Of a DNA stretch of 49,332 bases, positions 28,726-38,562 are shown one piece after another. The DNA lies in the NCBI GenBank assembly GCA_001873115.1, contig MNYK01000025.1, positions 1-49,332 on the forward strand. Direction: 5' to 3'. The notes under the pieces are model-generated. The model saw only the letters and a program-made list of their open reading frames with translations, was not told where the DNA came from and made no database searches. The stretch's first letter is position 1; the number at the start of each line of letters is the position of its first letter. A program made the position numbers and the translations under genes. This DNA is from Desulfobacterales bacterium CG2_30_60_27. GTDB taxonomy: Bacteria; Desulfobacterota; Desulfobulbia; Desulfobulbales; CG2-30-60-27.

Positions 28726-28874
28726 TTTGCCTTGAAAAATTCAAGGCAACCGCGCGGGGCATGGACGCCCCGCCATTTTTAGCCACGCAAGTGGCTGAAA
28801 ATGTAAGCAAAGGCAAAACTCCGTTTTAGCTTTGCGTCTTGAAAAAGCGCCAGGACGGCGATTTTTCAAGGTTC
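28726..28874 (+). mobile_element. ~150-bp five-hairpin insertion between higB and higA
   Basis: Flanked by CCATTAG direct repeat (28719-28725, 28875-28881); CCTTGAAAAAT/ATTTTTCAAGG near the termini. Confidence 0.7.
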
Positions 28875-28892
28875 CCATTAGGAGGAAACACC

Positions 28893-29198
28893 ATGACTCA
28901 AATGCACAGCCCGCCACACCCGGGCGAGACCTTAAGGAAAGATGTTTTACCCGCCCTAGGACTAACCGTTACCGAGGCGGCAAGGCAGCTTGGCGTTACT
29001 CGTGCCGCTTTGTCCCGAGTGCTTAACGAGCACGCCGCCATCTCTCCTGAGATGGCCTTACGTTTGGAAGGCTGGCTAGGGGTTGAAAACGGTGGCCGTG
29101 CTGATCTCTGGATCGGCCAGCAGGCCGCGTACGACCTTTGGCAAGCACGCCAAGCTGGTGCGCCCAAGGTGCAGCGCGCCAAACTCATGGCAGCTTGA
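28893..29198 (+). CDS. higA: HigA-family antitoxin (HTH)
   Basis: MHSPPHPGETL, VTEAARQLGVTRAALSRVLN, ISPEMALRL, QAAYDLW; AGGAGG RBS. Confidence 0.93.
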   Translation: MTQMHSPPHPGETLRKDVLPALGLTVTEAARQLGVTRAALSRVLNEHAAISPEMALRLEGWLGVENGGRADLWIGQQAAYDLWQARQAGAPKVQRAKLMAA

Positions 29199-29355
29199 GT
29201 TCTGTCTGGGTTTGGAGGGGAAGGCGGTTCACAGCAGCAAACGCCCACGTCAAGCTCAAGGGAAAAAATGGTTTGCTGGTTGCACATGTGCCACGCATGT
29301 GCTATATTGAATTTGCAGGTTCCTTCACACTCCAAACCACGCCAGGAGATTTGCA

Positions 29356-29649
29356 ATGGGCACGCCAGCACGCCAGGAAGCAATGCTCAGAAAGCCGATC
29401 CTTATGCCGCCGAGCATGATTGAAAAAATTGACAAAATTGCGAAAACCCAAAAAGTTTCGTTTGCAGAGGTCGTAAGAAAAGCGGTCAATGCTTTTGGCA
29501 GTGAGCCTTCCAGCGATGATGCGGCTATCTTGGAGGCCTTAGCTGACACCATGATTGCGTCGGCAAAAGACACCCTTAAGCTCATTGATAAGCTGGGCAA
29601 GAAGTTGGATGAGACCCATGCGATTTTGGAGGCGCACGGTGGGAATTAG
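29356..29649 (+). CDS. Ribbon-helix-helix (CopG-like) protein
   Basis: RKPILMPPSMIEKIDKIAKTQKVSFAEVVRKAV fits RHH pattern; AGGAG RBS. Confidence 0.65.
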   Translation: MGTPARQEAMLRKPILMPPSMIEKIDKIAKTQKVSFAEVVRKAVNAFGSEPSSDDAAILEALADTMIASAKDTLKLIDKLGKKLDETHAILEAHGGN

Positions 29650-29824
29650 TGAAAAGGTAATGGATGCCTTGAAATCGGGGATTCTGCTCAACGAACGGTT
29701 GTCTATTTATATGGCCAAGGTGGACCGCATGGATAACGACCTGCGGCACATGAACGAGCGGCTGATTCGCCTGGAAACCATGGTGGAAATAGCACAAACG
29801 CGCTCTCAACCGAAAATCAAATGA
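29639..29824 (+). CDS. Small helical/coiled-coil hypothetical protein (61 aa)
   Basis: GGAGG RBS plus GTG start overlapping the RHH gene end; ERLIRLETMVEIA. Confidence 0.6.
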   Translation: MGISEKVMDALKSGILLNERLSIYMAKVDRMDNDLRHMNERLIRLETMVEIAQTRSQPKIK

Positions 29825-29900
29825 CATCCCGGCGCTGGGGAAGCCACGGGAACGCACTTCAGATGATAAGTTTCTGTCGGCCGACGATCAGCTAAAAAAC

Positions 29901-32549
29901 ATGGAAGTCATCACCTCTCATCTCAACGCCGACTTTGACAGCCTGGCCGCCATGGTGGCGGCTCGGAAGCTGTATCCCGACGCGGTGCTGGCCTTTCCCG
30001 GTTCCCAGGAAAAAAACGTCCGCACCTTCCTGGAGCAATCGGAGAGCGCCTTTGCCTTCCAGCGCCTGAAAAACATCACCCTGGAGCAGGTGACCCGTCT
30101 CATCGTGGTCGACACCCGCCAGCCCGGCCGCATCGGCAGCCTGGCCCAGTGTCTGAAGAACCCCGGCATCGAGGTCCATCTCTACGACCACCACCCGGAC
30201 GCCGTGGGCGACATGAAGGGCGACCTTGAGATCGTCGAACCGGTGGGCTCCACCACCACCATCCTGGCCCGCCTCTTCCAGGAGAAGAATATCAGCCCCA
30301 GCCGGCAGGAGGCCACCCTCATGGCCATTGCCATCCAAGAGGACACCGGCTTCTTTACCTTCGACACCACCACGCCCGCGGATCTTCTTGCCATGGCCTG
30401 GCTGCTGCGCCAGGGGGCGAATCTACAGATGGCCGGCCAGTTCCTGTCCCAGGAACTCACCACCCACGACGTCACCCTGCTTCACGAGCTGATCAAGTCG
30501 GCCACCACCTACACCATCCACGGCAAGGCCATTGTCGTGGCCAAGATAACCCTGCCCGCCTATGTGGACGAGTTCGCCCTCGTGGTGCGCCGCTTCATGG
30601 ACATGGAGAACCTGAACACCCTCTTCGCCCTGGCCTCCATGGCCGGCCGTCTCTACCTCATCGCCCGCAGCCGTGTCCCGGAAATCAATGTCGGCAAGAT
30701 CGCCGCCGAGTTCGGTGGCGGCGGCCACGCCTCGGCAGCCTCGGCCACGGTTCGCGACCTGAGCCTGATCGAGGCCGAGGAAAAGCTCATAGCCTTACTG
30801 CACCGGCACGTGCGGCCGGAGAGCCTGGCCGGTGAATTGATGAGCGCGCCGGTCATCGCGGTGGCGCCGGACATGGTGATTCAGGACGCCAACCAGATGC
30901 TTACCCGCTACAACATTACGGTCCTGCCGGTGCTGAATGAAAAAAAGGAGATCCTGGGCCTCATCTCCCGCCGGGTGATGGAAAAGGCCATCTTCCACGG
31001 CCTCGGCCAGCAGGCGGTTTCCGAATACATGACCACCGACTTCGCCACCCTGCCACCCACCGCCACCCTGGCCGAGATCCAGCAGATCATCATCGAGAAC
31101 CGGCAGCGCTTCATCCCGGTGGTGGAGCAGGGGGAAGTAAAGGGGGTCATCACCCGCACCGACCTCCTGAACCTCCTGGTCACCAACCCGGCCAACCTGC
31201 CCAAGAACCTGCTGGACGCCCAGGAGCAGCCCTCCATTGCCCGGCAACGCAACCTGAACCAGCTCATGGTGGAAACCCTGGGCAAGAAGACCATCGTCCT
31301 GCTGCGCACCATAGGCGAAACCGCTCAGAACCTTGGCTACACCGCCTACGCCGTGGGCGGCTTTGTCCGGGATCTACTCCGACGCGTAAAAAACCTCGAT
31401 ATCGACATTGTCATCGAGGGTGACGGCATTGATTTCGCCAAGAAGCTGGCCGCAGCACTGAAAGGCACGGTCCGCACCCACCAGAAGTTCCGCACCGCCC
31501 TGGTGACCCTGCCCGACGGCCAGAAGATCGACGTGGCCACGGCCCGGCTGGAATTCTACGAATACCCGGCCGCCCTGCCCACGGTGGAGCTCTCCTCCAT
31601 CAAACTCGATCTCTACCGCCGCGACTTCACCATCAACGCCATGGCCGTACACCTGAACCCGGAGCGCTTCGGCGCCCTGGTCGACTTTTTCAACTGCCAG
31701 AACGACATCAAGGACCGCCAGCTCCGCATCCTCCACAACCTGAGTTTCGTGGAAGACCCCACCCGTATCTTCCGGGCCATCCGTTTCGAACAGCGCATGG
31801 GGTTTACCATCGGCCGGCACACCGAGAAGCTCATCCGCAGCGCCGTGGCCATGAACCTCTTCGGCCGCTTCGCCGGCCACCGCTTCCTCGCCGAACTAAG
31901 GCTGCTGCTGGCCGCGGAAAACCCGCTGCCCGCCCTCAGGCGCATGGCCCAGTTCGGCCTGCTCGCCTTCCTGCATCCTCGCATCAAGCTCGAGGGCCGG
32001 CTGGAAGAAATCCTGGAGGAGACCCAGCGCGCCCTGGCCTGGCACAAACTCCTCTACCTGGACGAGCCCTGCGAGCCATGGCTGGTCTACCTGCTCGCCC
32101 TGATGAGCCGGATCAGCGGCAAGGATTTCGAGGCCTTCTGCGACCTGGTGGAGATGCCGCCCCGGCAGAAGCAGTTTATGGTCCAGGAAAAGCTGCAGGT
32201 CTTTCGCATCCACCGCCTGCTGCAGAGCCAGCCCCACCCCCGGCCCAGCGCGATTTACTGGCTCATGCAGGGCTTGTCCGCCGAAGGCATCCTCTTTCTC
32301 ATGGGAGTCACCCGCAACAAGGCGAGCAAGCGGTCCATCTCGCTTTTTGTCACGCACCTGCGCCATGTGAAACCCGAACTAACCGGCGACGATCTCAAAA
32401 AAATGGGTTATCCTGCCGGGCCGGTCTTCCAGACCATCCTCACTGGCCTGCTGAAGGCCAAGCTCGACGGCCTGGCCCCGGACCGCGCCGCCGAGGCGGC
32501 CTTGGTGCGCCGCCAGTATCCCCTGGCCGATATCCAGCCGCGTGGCTAG
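29901..32549 (+). CDS. tRNA nucleotidyltransferase with DHH, DHHA1 and CBS domains (likely A-adding type)
   Basis: ADFDSL, YDHH, GGGH, CBS pair, VGGFVRD, DIDIV, DLYRRDFTINA, EDPTRIFR. Confidence 0.93.
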   Translation: MEVITSHLNADFDSLAAMVAARKLYPDAVLAFPGSQEKNVRTFLEQSESAFAFQRLKNITLEQVTRLIVVDTRQPGRIGSLAQCLKNPGIEVHLYDHHPDAVGDMKGDLEIVEPVGSTTTILARLFQEKNISPSRQEATLMAIAIQEDTGFFTFDTTTPADLLAMAWLLRQGANLQMAGQFLSQELTTHDVTLLHELIKSATTYTIHGKAIVVAKITLPAYVDEFALVVRRFMDMENLNTLFALASMAGRLYLIARSRVPEINVGKIAAEFGGGGHASAASATVRDLSLIEAEEKLIALLHRHVRPESLAGELMSAPVIAVAPDMVIQDANQMLTRYNITVLPVLNEKKEILGLISRRVMEKAIFHGLGQQAVSEYMTTDFATLPPTATLAEIQQIIIENRQRFIPVVEQGEVKGVITRTDLLNLLVTNPANLPKNLLDAQEQPSIARQRNLNQLMVETLGKKTIVLLRTIGETAQNLGYTAYAVGGFVRDLLRRVKNLDIDIVIEGDGIDFAKKLAAALKGTVRTHQKFRTALVTLPDGQKIDVATARLEFYEYPAALPTVELSSIKLDLYRRDFTINAMAVHLNPERFGALVDFFNCQNDIKDRQLRILHNLSFVEDPTRIFRAIRFEQRMGFTIGRHTEKLIRSAVAMNLFGRFAGHRFLAELRLLLAAENPLPALRRMAQFGLLAFLHPRIKLEGRLEEILEETQRALAWHKLLYLDEPCEPWLVYLLALMSRISGKDFEAFCDLVEMPPRQKQFMVQEKLQVFRIHRLLQSQPHPRPSAIYWLMQGLSAEGILFLMGVTRNKASKRSISLFVTHLRHVKPELTGDDLKKMGYPAGPVFQTILTGLLKAKLDGLAPDRAAEAALVRRQYPLADIQPRG

Positions 32550-32608
32550 GGCTTGCTGGTGCGCGCGGCGCACCCTACAACTGAGTACCCAGCCCCCTAT
32601 CGGAGCCC

Positions 32609-33232
32609 ATGAATCTATCCCAGACCATCCAGGAAATCGCCGTGCTGGCCCCGCCCTTTCTCTTCGCCCTCACGGTGCACGAGTATGCCCACGGCCTCAC
32701 CGCCCTGCGCTTCGGGGATCCCACCGCCAGCCGGCTGGGGCGGCTAACGCTGAACCCCTTAAAACATCTCGACCCCATGGGCGTGCTCTTCTTTATCATC
32801 ATGAAGATCGGCTGGGCCAAGCCGGTGCCGGTGGACCCCAGGTATTTCAAGAACCCGGCCCGCGACCTGCTGCTGGTCTCCCTGGCCGGGCCGGGCGCCA
32901 ACCTGCTCACCGCCGTGGCCAGCGGCCTGGTTTTACAGTTGCTGGTGCCCATCGCGCCGCTGCTGCCCCACTTCCTCCTCTGGCCGCTCTTGCAGATGAC
33001 CGCGGCCTCGGTCTGGATCAACATCATGCTGGCGGTCTTCAACCTCATTCCCATCCCGCCCCTGGACGGCAGCAAGGTCCTCCTTGGCCTGCTGCCGCCA
33101 GACCTGGCCATGGTCTACCGGAAAATGGAGCCCTTCGGCTTCGTCATCCTCCTGGCCCTGTTTTACACCGGCATCATTCCGAAGATCATCATGCCGATCA
33201 TCAGCTTTGCCAACAGCCTGATCATGGGGTAA
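32609..33232 (+). CDS. Site-2 protease (peptidase M50)
   Basis: HEYAH, AGPGAN, FNLIPIPPLDG. Confidence 0.93.
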   Translation: MNLSQTIQEIAVLAPPFLFALTVHEYAHGLTALRFGDPTASRLGRLTLNPLKHLDPMGVLFFIIMKIGWAKPVPVDPRYFKNPARDLLLVSLAGPGANLLTAVASGLVLQLLVPIAPLLPHFLLWPLLQMTAASVWINIMLAVFNLIPIPPLDGSKVLLGLLPPDLAMVYRKMEPFGFVILLALFYTGIIPKIIMPIISFANSLIMG

Positions 33233-33337
33233 TTTTCTACTGGTTACCCGTGGGAATCTACTGTACTTTGGGGGCGATTCTCCAGTACCATTAATCTGTT
33301 CGCACCAGTGCAATTCTTTCCGAGAAGGAGAAACATC

Positions 33338-34216
33338 ATGATTTGCTTACGCCCCCGCACCATTATCATGCTCGTCGCAATCACCGCCCTGGCGGCCCTG
33401 CCGGGCTGCTCGCGCCCCGACAAGACCGACGCCACCAGCAAGGCCAAGCAGACCCTCACCATCAAGGGCTCGGACACCATGGTGCACCTGATGAGCACCT
33501 GGGCTGAGTCCTTTGGGGCCACGAGCCCGACCCAGGTCTCGGTGACCGGCGGCGGCTCGGGCACCGGCATTGCCGCGCTCTTAAACGGCACCACCGACAT
33601 CTGCGCTGCCTCCAGGCAGATCGAGGATAAGGAAACCGCCCTGGCCAAACAGAAAAACATCACCCCCAACGAGATCACCGTGGCCCTGGACGGCATCGCC
33701 GTCGTCGTCCACCCGGACAACCCGATCACCGAACTCAGCCTCGAACAGATCGGCGCGATCTACACCGGCGCCATCGGCAACTGGAAAGAGGTGGGCGGCC
33801 CGGACCAACCCATCCTCCTCCTTTCCCGCGAGTCCAGCTCCGGCACTTATGTCTTTTTTCAGGAAAAGGTGCTGAACAAGAAGGATTACAGCCAGCAGGC
33901 CCGCCTGATGCCGGGCACCTCGGCGGTGGTGCAGGCGGTGACCGCCGACCGGGGGGCCATCGGCTACGTCGGCCTGGGCTACGCCAAGGAGGCCGGCAAC
34001 AAGGTTAAGACCATCGCCGTGCGAAGCGCCGCCGGCCAGCCGGCGGTCATGCCGTCGCCGGCCACGGTCAAGGACGCCAGCTACCCGGTGGCCCGCGCCC
34101 TCTACCTCTATACCAACGGCGCGCCCCAGGGTAAGGTGAAGGAGTTCGTGGACTTCTGCCTGGGCTCTGCCGGCCAGAAGATCGTGGCCGACACGGGTTA
34201 CGTGCAGGTGCACTAG
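33338..34216 (+). CDS. pstS: Phosphate ABC transporter substrate-binding lipoprotein
   Basis: Lipobox LPGC, IKGSDT, GGGSGTG, SRESSSGT; AGGAG RBS. Confidence 0.92.
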   Translation: MICLRPRTIIMLVAITALAALPGCSRPDKTDATSKAKQTLTIKGSDTMVHLMSTWAESFGATSPTQVSVTGGGSGTGIAALLNGTTDICAASRQIEDKETALAKQKNITPNEITVALDGIAVVVHPDNPITELSLEQIGAIYTGAIGNWKEVGGPDQPILLLSRESSSGTYVFFQEKVLNKKDYSQQARLMPGTSAVVQAVTADRGAIGYVGLGYAKEAGNKVKTIAVRSAAGQPAVMPSPATVKDASYPVARALYLYTNGAPQGKVKEFVDFCLGSAGQKIVADTGYVQVH

Positions 34217-35095
34217 ATGGCCCAGCGCCGTTGGCAGGAGAAGGCCATCCAGCTCACCCTGGTGGCCATGGCCACTACCAGCCTGCTGGTGGTGGTGCTG
34301 ATCTTTCTCTTCCTCGGCAAGGAGGCCATCCCCTTTCTTAAGGATCCGGGCATAGCCCGCCTTTTGGATCGACAGTGGATGCCGGTCTCTTTCCAGCAGG
34401 AACACTTCGGCCTCCTGCCCCTGCTAACCGGCTCCCTGGTGGTCACCCTCACCGCCACCCTGATCACCGTGCCCTTTTCGGTGCTGGGCGCCATCTACAT
34501 CGCCGAGATCGCCCGCCCCCTGGAGCGGGAATTTTTGAAACCCTTCATCGAACTGCTCGCCTCCATCCCCTCGGTGGTCCTGGGTTTCTTCGGCCTGGTG
34601 GTGCTGGCGCCGCTGGTCAAGGCTCTCTTCGGCCTGCCGAGCGGCCTGAACGGCCTCACCGGCGGCCTGCTCCTGGCGCTCATGGCCATCCCCACCGTTA
34701 TCTCCATCTCCGAGGATGCCATCACCAGCGTGCCGCGCCACTTAAAGCAGGCCTCCCTGGCCCTGGGCGCCTCGGAACTGCAGACCATCCTCAGGGTCAC
34801 CGTGCCCGCCGCCCTGCCGGGGATCATTGCCGCGGTCATGCTGGGCATGGGCCGCATCGTCGGCGAGACCATGGTGGTGATGATGGTGACCGGCAACGCC
34901 GCCCTGGTCACCCTGAACCCCTTCCAGTCGGTGCGCACCATGACCGCCACCATCGCCGCCGAGATGGGCGAGGTGTCGTTTGGCAGCATCCATTACAGCG
35001 CCCTGTTCTGCGTCGGCGTGGTCCTCATGCTGGTGACCTTTGTCCTGAACCTCGGGGCCCAGCGGGTGCTGAAACGCTACGGCATGATGACATGA
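34217..35095 (+). CDS. pstC: Phosphate ABC transporter permease
   Basis: ELLASIPSVVLG, GETMVVMMVTGN, TMTATIAAEMGE. Confidence 0.93.
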   Translation: MAQRRWQEKAIQLTLVAMATTSLLVVVLIFLFLGKEAIPFLKDPGIARLLDRQWMPVSFQQEHFGLLPLLTGSLVVTLTATLITVPFSVLGAIYIAEIARPLEREFLKPFIELLASIPSVVLGFFGLVVLAPLVKALFGLPSGLNGLTGGLLLALMAIPTVISISEDAITSVPRHLKQASLALGASELQTILRVTVPAALPGIIAAVMLGMGRIVGETMVVMMVTGNAALVTLNPFQSVRTMTATIAAEMGEVSFGSIHYSALFCVGVVLMLVTFVLNLGAQRVLKRYGMMT

Positions 35096-35940
35096 AGAAC
35101 GCGGGCGAAGGGCTGACATACCTGGGCCTCCGGCTGGCGACCTATAGCGTGGTCCTGGTGATCGGCTACATCCTGGCCGACATCATCTGGCACGGCATCC
35201 CGGCCTTGAGCTGGGAGTTCCTCTCCGGCCCGCCACGGCAGAGCGGCGCCGCCGGCGGTATCCTGCCGGCCATCGTCGGCACCTTCTACCTGGTGAGCGG
35301 CACCCTGCTGGTCGCCCTGCCCCTAGGCATCGGCGGCGCCCTCTACCTGTCGGAGTATGCCACCAGGAACCGGCTGACCATGGCCATCCGCCTGGCCATC
35401 TCCACCCTGGCCGGGGTGCCGTCCATTGTCTTCGGCCTCTTCGGCCTCGGCCTCTTTGTCATCTTCTGCAACTTCGGCGCCTCCATCCTGGCCGGGGCCC
35501 TCACCCTGGCCTGCATGGTGCTGCCCACCATCATCGTGGCCTGCGAGGAGGCCTTGCTGGCGGTGCCCCAAGGTCTGCGCTCCTCCTCGCTGGCCCTGGG
35601 CGCCACTAAGTGGCAGGCGATCCGCACCAACGTCCTGCCCTATTCCCTGCCCGGCATGCTCACCGGCACCATCCTGGCCATCGGCCGGGCCGCGGGCGAA
35701 ACCGCCCCCATCCTGCTCACCGCCGCCGCCTTCTTCCTGCCCCGGTTGCCGGGTTCGATCTTTGATCAGGTCATGGCCCTGCCTTATCATCTGTATATCC
35801 TGGCCACCCAGCACCCCGAGGCCGAGAAGGTGCGGCCCATGCAGTACGCCACCGCCCTGGTGCTGCTCCTCCTGGTCTTGGGCATCACCATGGGGGCCAC
35901 CATCCTCCGCAGCAGATTCAGGAAAAAATACCGATGGTAA
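35092..35940 (+). CDS. pstA: Phosphate ABC transporter permease
   Basis: [33 protein letters not shown]; ATGA overlap with pstC. Confidence 0.93.
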   Translation: MKNAGEGLTYLGLRLATYSVVLVIGYILADIIWHGIPALSWEFLSGPPRQSGAAGGILPAIVGTFYLVSGTLLVALPLGIGGALYLSEYATRNRLTMAIRLAISTLAGVPSIVFGLFGLGLFVIFCNFGASILAGALTLACMVLPTIIVACEEALLAVPQGLRSSSLALGATKWQAIRTNVLPYSLPGMLTGTILAIGRAAGETAPILLTAAAFFLPRLPGSIFDQVMALPYHLYILATQHPEAEKVRPMQYATALVLLLLVLGITMGATILRSRFRKKYRW

Positions 35941-36698
35941 ACGACACCCCGAAAATCCAGGTACATGATCTCAACTTCTTCTACGGGGCCACCCAGGCCC
36001 TGTTCAACATCACCATGGATATACCGCCCCGCCGGGTCACCGCCCTGATCGGCCCGTCCGGCTGCGGTAAATCCACCTTTCTCCGCACCATGGACCGCAT
36101 GAACGACATCATCGACGGGGCCCGGATGACGGGAGAGGTACTCATCGACGGTAACAACATTTACGCGCCAGGCACCGACGTGGTGCGGCTGCGCCGGAAT
36201 GTGGGCATGGTTTTTCAGAAATCCAACCCCTTCCCCAAGTCCATTTTCGACAACGTCGCTTACGGCCCCAGAATTCACGGGGTGAAAAAACAGGCGGAAC
36301 TGGTCGAGATCGTGCAGCGCAGCCTGACGCGTGCGGCCCTCTGGGATGAAGTCAAGGACCGGCTGCCCGAGAATGCCATGGGCCTCTCCGGCGGCCAGCA
36401 GCAGCGCCTCTGCATCGCCCGGGCCCTGGCCGTGGACCCGGAGATCCTGCTCATGGACGAGCCGGCCTCGGCCCTGGACCCCAAGTCCACGGCCCGGGTG
36501 GAGGAACTGATCGGCGAGTTGCGCGACCAGTACACCATTGTCATCGTCACCCACAACATGCAGCAGGCGGCCCGGGTTTCCGATCTCACCGCCTTCTTCT
36601 ACGAGGGCCGGCTTATCGAATTCGACCGCACCAAACGGATCTACACCAACCCGGCCAAGAAGCAGACCGAAGACTACATTACCGGCCGTTTCGGCTGA
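35934..36698 (+). CDS. pstB: Phosphate ABC transporter ATP-binding protein
   Basis: [33 protein letters not shown]. Confidence 0.97.
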   Translation: MVNDTPKIQVHDLNFFYGATQALFNITMDIPPRRVTALIGPSGCGKSTFLRTMDRMNDIIDGARMTGEVLIDGNNIYAPGTDVVRLRRNVGMVFQKSNPFPKSIFDNVAYGPRIHGVKKQAELVEIVQRSLTRAALWDEVKDRLPENAMGLSGGQQQRLCIARALAVDPEILLMDEPASALDPKSTARVEELIGELRDQYTIVIVTHNMQQAARVSDLTAFFYEGRLIEFDRTKRIYTNPAKKQTEDYITGRFG

Positions 36699-36714
36699 GA
36701 GCAGGAGAAAGGGT

Positions 36715-37386
36715 ATGGAACGACATCTGCAGCGGGAAATCAACAACCTGAAGGCCAGGCTGCTGGCCATGAGCGCGGTGGTGGAAAAACGGGTGGCCGA
36801 CGCCACCCGGTCCATCGCCGACCGTGACCCCGAACTGGCCCAGTCGATCATGAAGGGCGACTACGAGATCGACGAGCTGGAGGTGGGCATCGAGGAGGAA
36901 TGCCTCAAAATCCTGGCCCTGCATCAGCCGGTGGCCATCGACCTGCGCTTCATCATCGCCGTGCTCAAGATCAACAGCGACCTGGAACGGGTGGGCGACC
37001 TGGCGGTGAACATCGCCGAGCGCGGCGCCTTTCTGGCCACCCAGGAGCAGCTCTGCATGCCCTTCAATTTCGTGAGCATGGCCACCCGGGTGCAGGATAT
37101 GCTGGGCAACAGCATCAAGGCCCTGGTCAACCTGGACACCCGGCTGGCCCACCACATCCGCGCCGAGGACGATGAGATCGACGCCATCAACCGGCAGATG
37201 TACGAAATGGTCAAGACCCAGCTCACCGCCAACCCAGAGCGCACCAACTGCCTGCTCCACTCCCTGTCCGTCTGCCGCCATCTGGAACGCATCGCCGACC
37301 ACGCCACCAACATCGCCGAGGATGTCATCTACCTGGCCGAGGCCCAGATCGTCCGTCATACGCCGGAGACCTTTACCGAAGAATGA
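36715..37386 (+). CDS. phoU: Phosphate signalling protein PhoU
   Basis: LHQPVAIDLR, DLERVGDLAVNI, LERIADHATNIAE. Confidence 0.95.
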   Translation: MERHLQREINNLKARLLAMSAVVEKRVADATRSIADRDPELAQSIMKGDYEIDELEVGIEEECLKILALHQPVAIDLRFIIAVLKINSDLERVGDLAVNIAERGAFLATQEQLCMPFNFVSMATRVQDMLGNSIKALVNLDTRLAHHIRAEDDEIDAINRQMYEMVKTQLTANPERTNCLLHSLSVCRHLERIADHATNIAEDVIYLAEAQIVRHTPETFTEE

Positions 37387-37500
37387 CAGGGCCGCGGCAA
37401 CACCCGCCTGGCGCCTGAAATACTGCCGTCAGGCGATTCCGGTCAAGTCGTGGCTAGGCCTGTCTCTGCCGGTACGCCGGGTTTGCCCGCTCCGCTGGGC

Positions 37501-37540
37501 GAAAAAAAGCCGGAACCGCTTGCCCAGCGACCCCGGCTTT
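37501..37540. terminator. Terminator hairpin between phoU and PilZ gene
   Basis: AAAAAAAGCCGG...CCGGCTTT; U tract on minus strand. Confidence 0.6.
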
Positions 37541-37565
37541 CAATAAAACAGTGGCAAGGCCGTTC

Positions 37566-37910
37566 TCAGGCAACGCCCTCGAGCACCGCCACCTTGTTAA
37601 CCGCATTCAGAATTTCCCGCTGCATGGACACCTTGGGCTTGATGAATTTGATGCCCATCCCGTGATGCCGGCGATCGCCGGTAGTGTTGACCCAGGCCAC
37701 GCGGCCGGCCAGCTCCAGATCCTCCAGGCCATCGACGCTGAACTTCAGGATCACCTTCTGGCCCACGGCCGGCGGATTCTCGGTGCAGATGAACATGCCA
37801 TCCGCCGAGATGTCGCGGGTCTGTGAAATGATGAAGTCCCCAGTGTGAATGCAGTCCACCTTGTACTCGGCTGGGACGCGCTTCTTCCCCCTCCGGTCTG
37901 CTGTACCCAT
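37566..37910 (-). CDS. Single-domain PilZ protein
   Basis: RRGKKR (RxxxR) and DISADG (DxSxxG) c-di-GMP motifs, GMGIKF; GGAGGAG RBS. Confidence 0.9.
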   Translation of the reverse strand: MGTADRRGKKRVPAEYKVDCIHTGDFIISQTRDISADGMFICTENPPAVGQKVILKFSVDGLEDLELAGRVAWVNTTGDRRHHGMGIKFIKPKVSMQREILNAVNKVAVLEGVA

Positions 37911-38281
37911 GCTCTCCTCCCCCCTGTTCCGAATTTGCCGACCCAAAGGCCCTAAAGTCGCAACGCCGCCTGGTTGCACATTCCAGAAGACGCCCACAAC
38001 GACATGGAGCCGTAACAGGTCAGGCATTGTTTCGGCTGGATTCCCCAAACAATATCAATCAGATACAATGGCAATCCAGCCCCCCTGAATTGGCATATAG
38101 TAACAACTCAGCAGGATTGCAAGAAATTTTTTAATAAATTGAAAATATTATCTGCTTTTCCCTGAGCCGCGTCTCCTGCCTGGCCCATGAATCAGCAGCC
38201 GAAGCCCTCCGCCGGCTAGCGGGGGTATCCTGGCAAACCTTAGGGAGACAAGGATTACCAGGATGCCAGTTTGAAAAATAT

Positions 38282-38476
38282 GTAACTATCCAGCAGAACC
38301 GCAACCCAGGGGAGTTCCCGGACTGGAAATGCTTTTCGCGGGTTCGTCCACGACCGGGCGCAGGATGCGCGTGAGGTCGCGGACGCCTCGGAGGCGGGCA
38401 GGACGCCCGCCGAGAATGAGCGAAAAGTATTTTCAGTCCGGGAACGCTTAACTGCCGACACAAGCTGGATAGTTAC
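38282..38476 (+). mobile_element. 195-bp MITE-like element with GGA hairpins
   Basis: Perfect 13-bp TIR GTAACTATCCAGC / GCTGGATAGTTAC; near-identical to 14260-14454; no target duplication visible. Confidence 0.9.
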
Positions 38477-38486
38477 GTTTTTTTTT

Positions 38487-38515
38487 AGGAGGGGCTTGCG
38501 GGCTCCTCCTTTTTT
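38487..38515 (+). terminator. Plus-strand intrinsic terminator
   Basis: AGGAGGGGC-TTGCGG-GCTCCTCCT then TTTTT. Confidence 0.65.
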
Positions 38516-38562
38516 ATTGCGCTGTAGAAAAGGAGGCGCGTTGTCATCGTAAGGCCGCCAGC

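Larger units (their letters stand above)
28267..29899. mobile_element. Toxin-antitoxin genomic islet
   Basis: Between the 92-bp duplicates; internal terminal direct repeat ACTTCAGAT(T/G)ATAAGTTTC(G/T)GTCG; visibly more AT-rich; TA cargo; no integrase. Confidence 0.7.

Noticed and set aside
33233-33337. Pho box upstream of pstS
   Set aside because: No convincing CTGTCAT-type 11-bp-spaced direct repeat
34375-35091. N-terminal extension of the 521-aa ORF
   Set aside because: Out-of-frame overlap with pstC; pstA starts at 35092
37911-38100. c-di-GMP riboswitch upstream of PilZ gene
   Set aside because: GEMM consensus elements not found by eye
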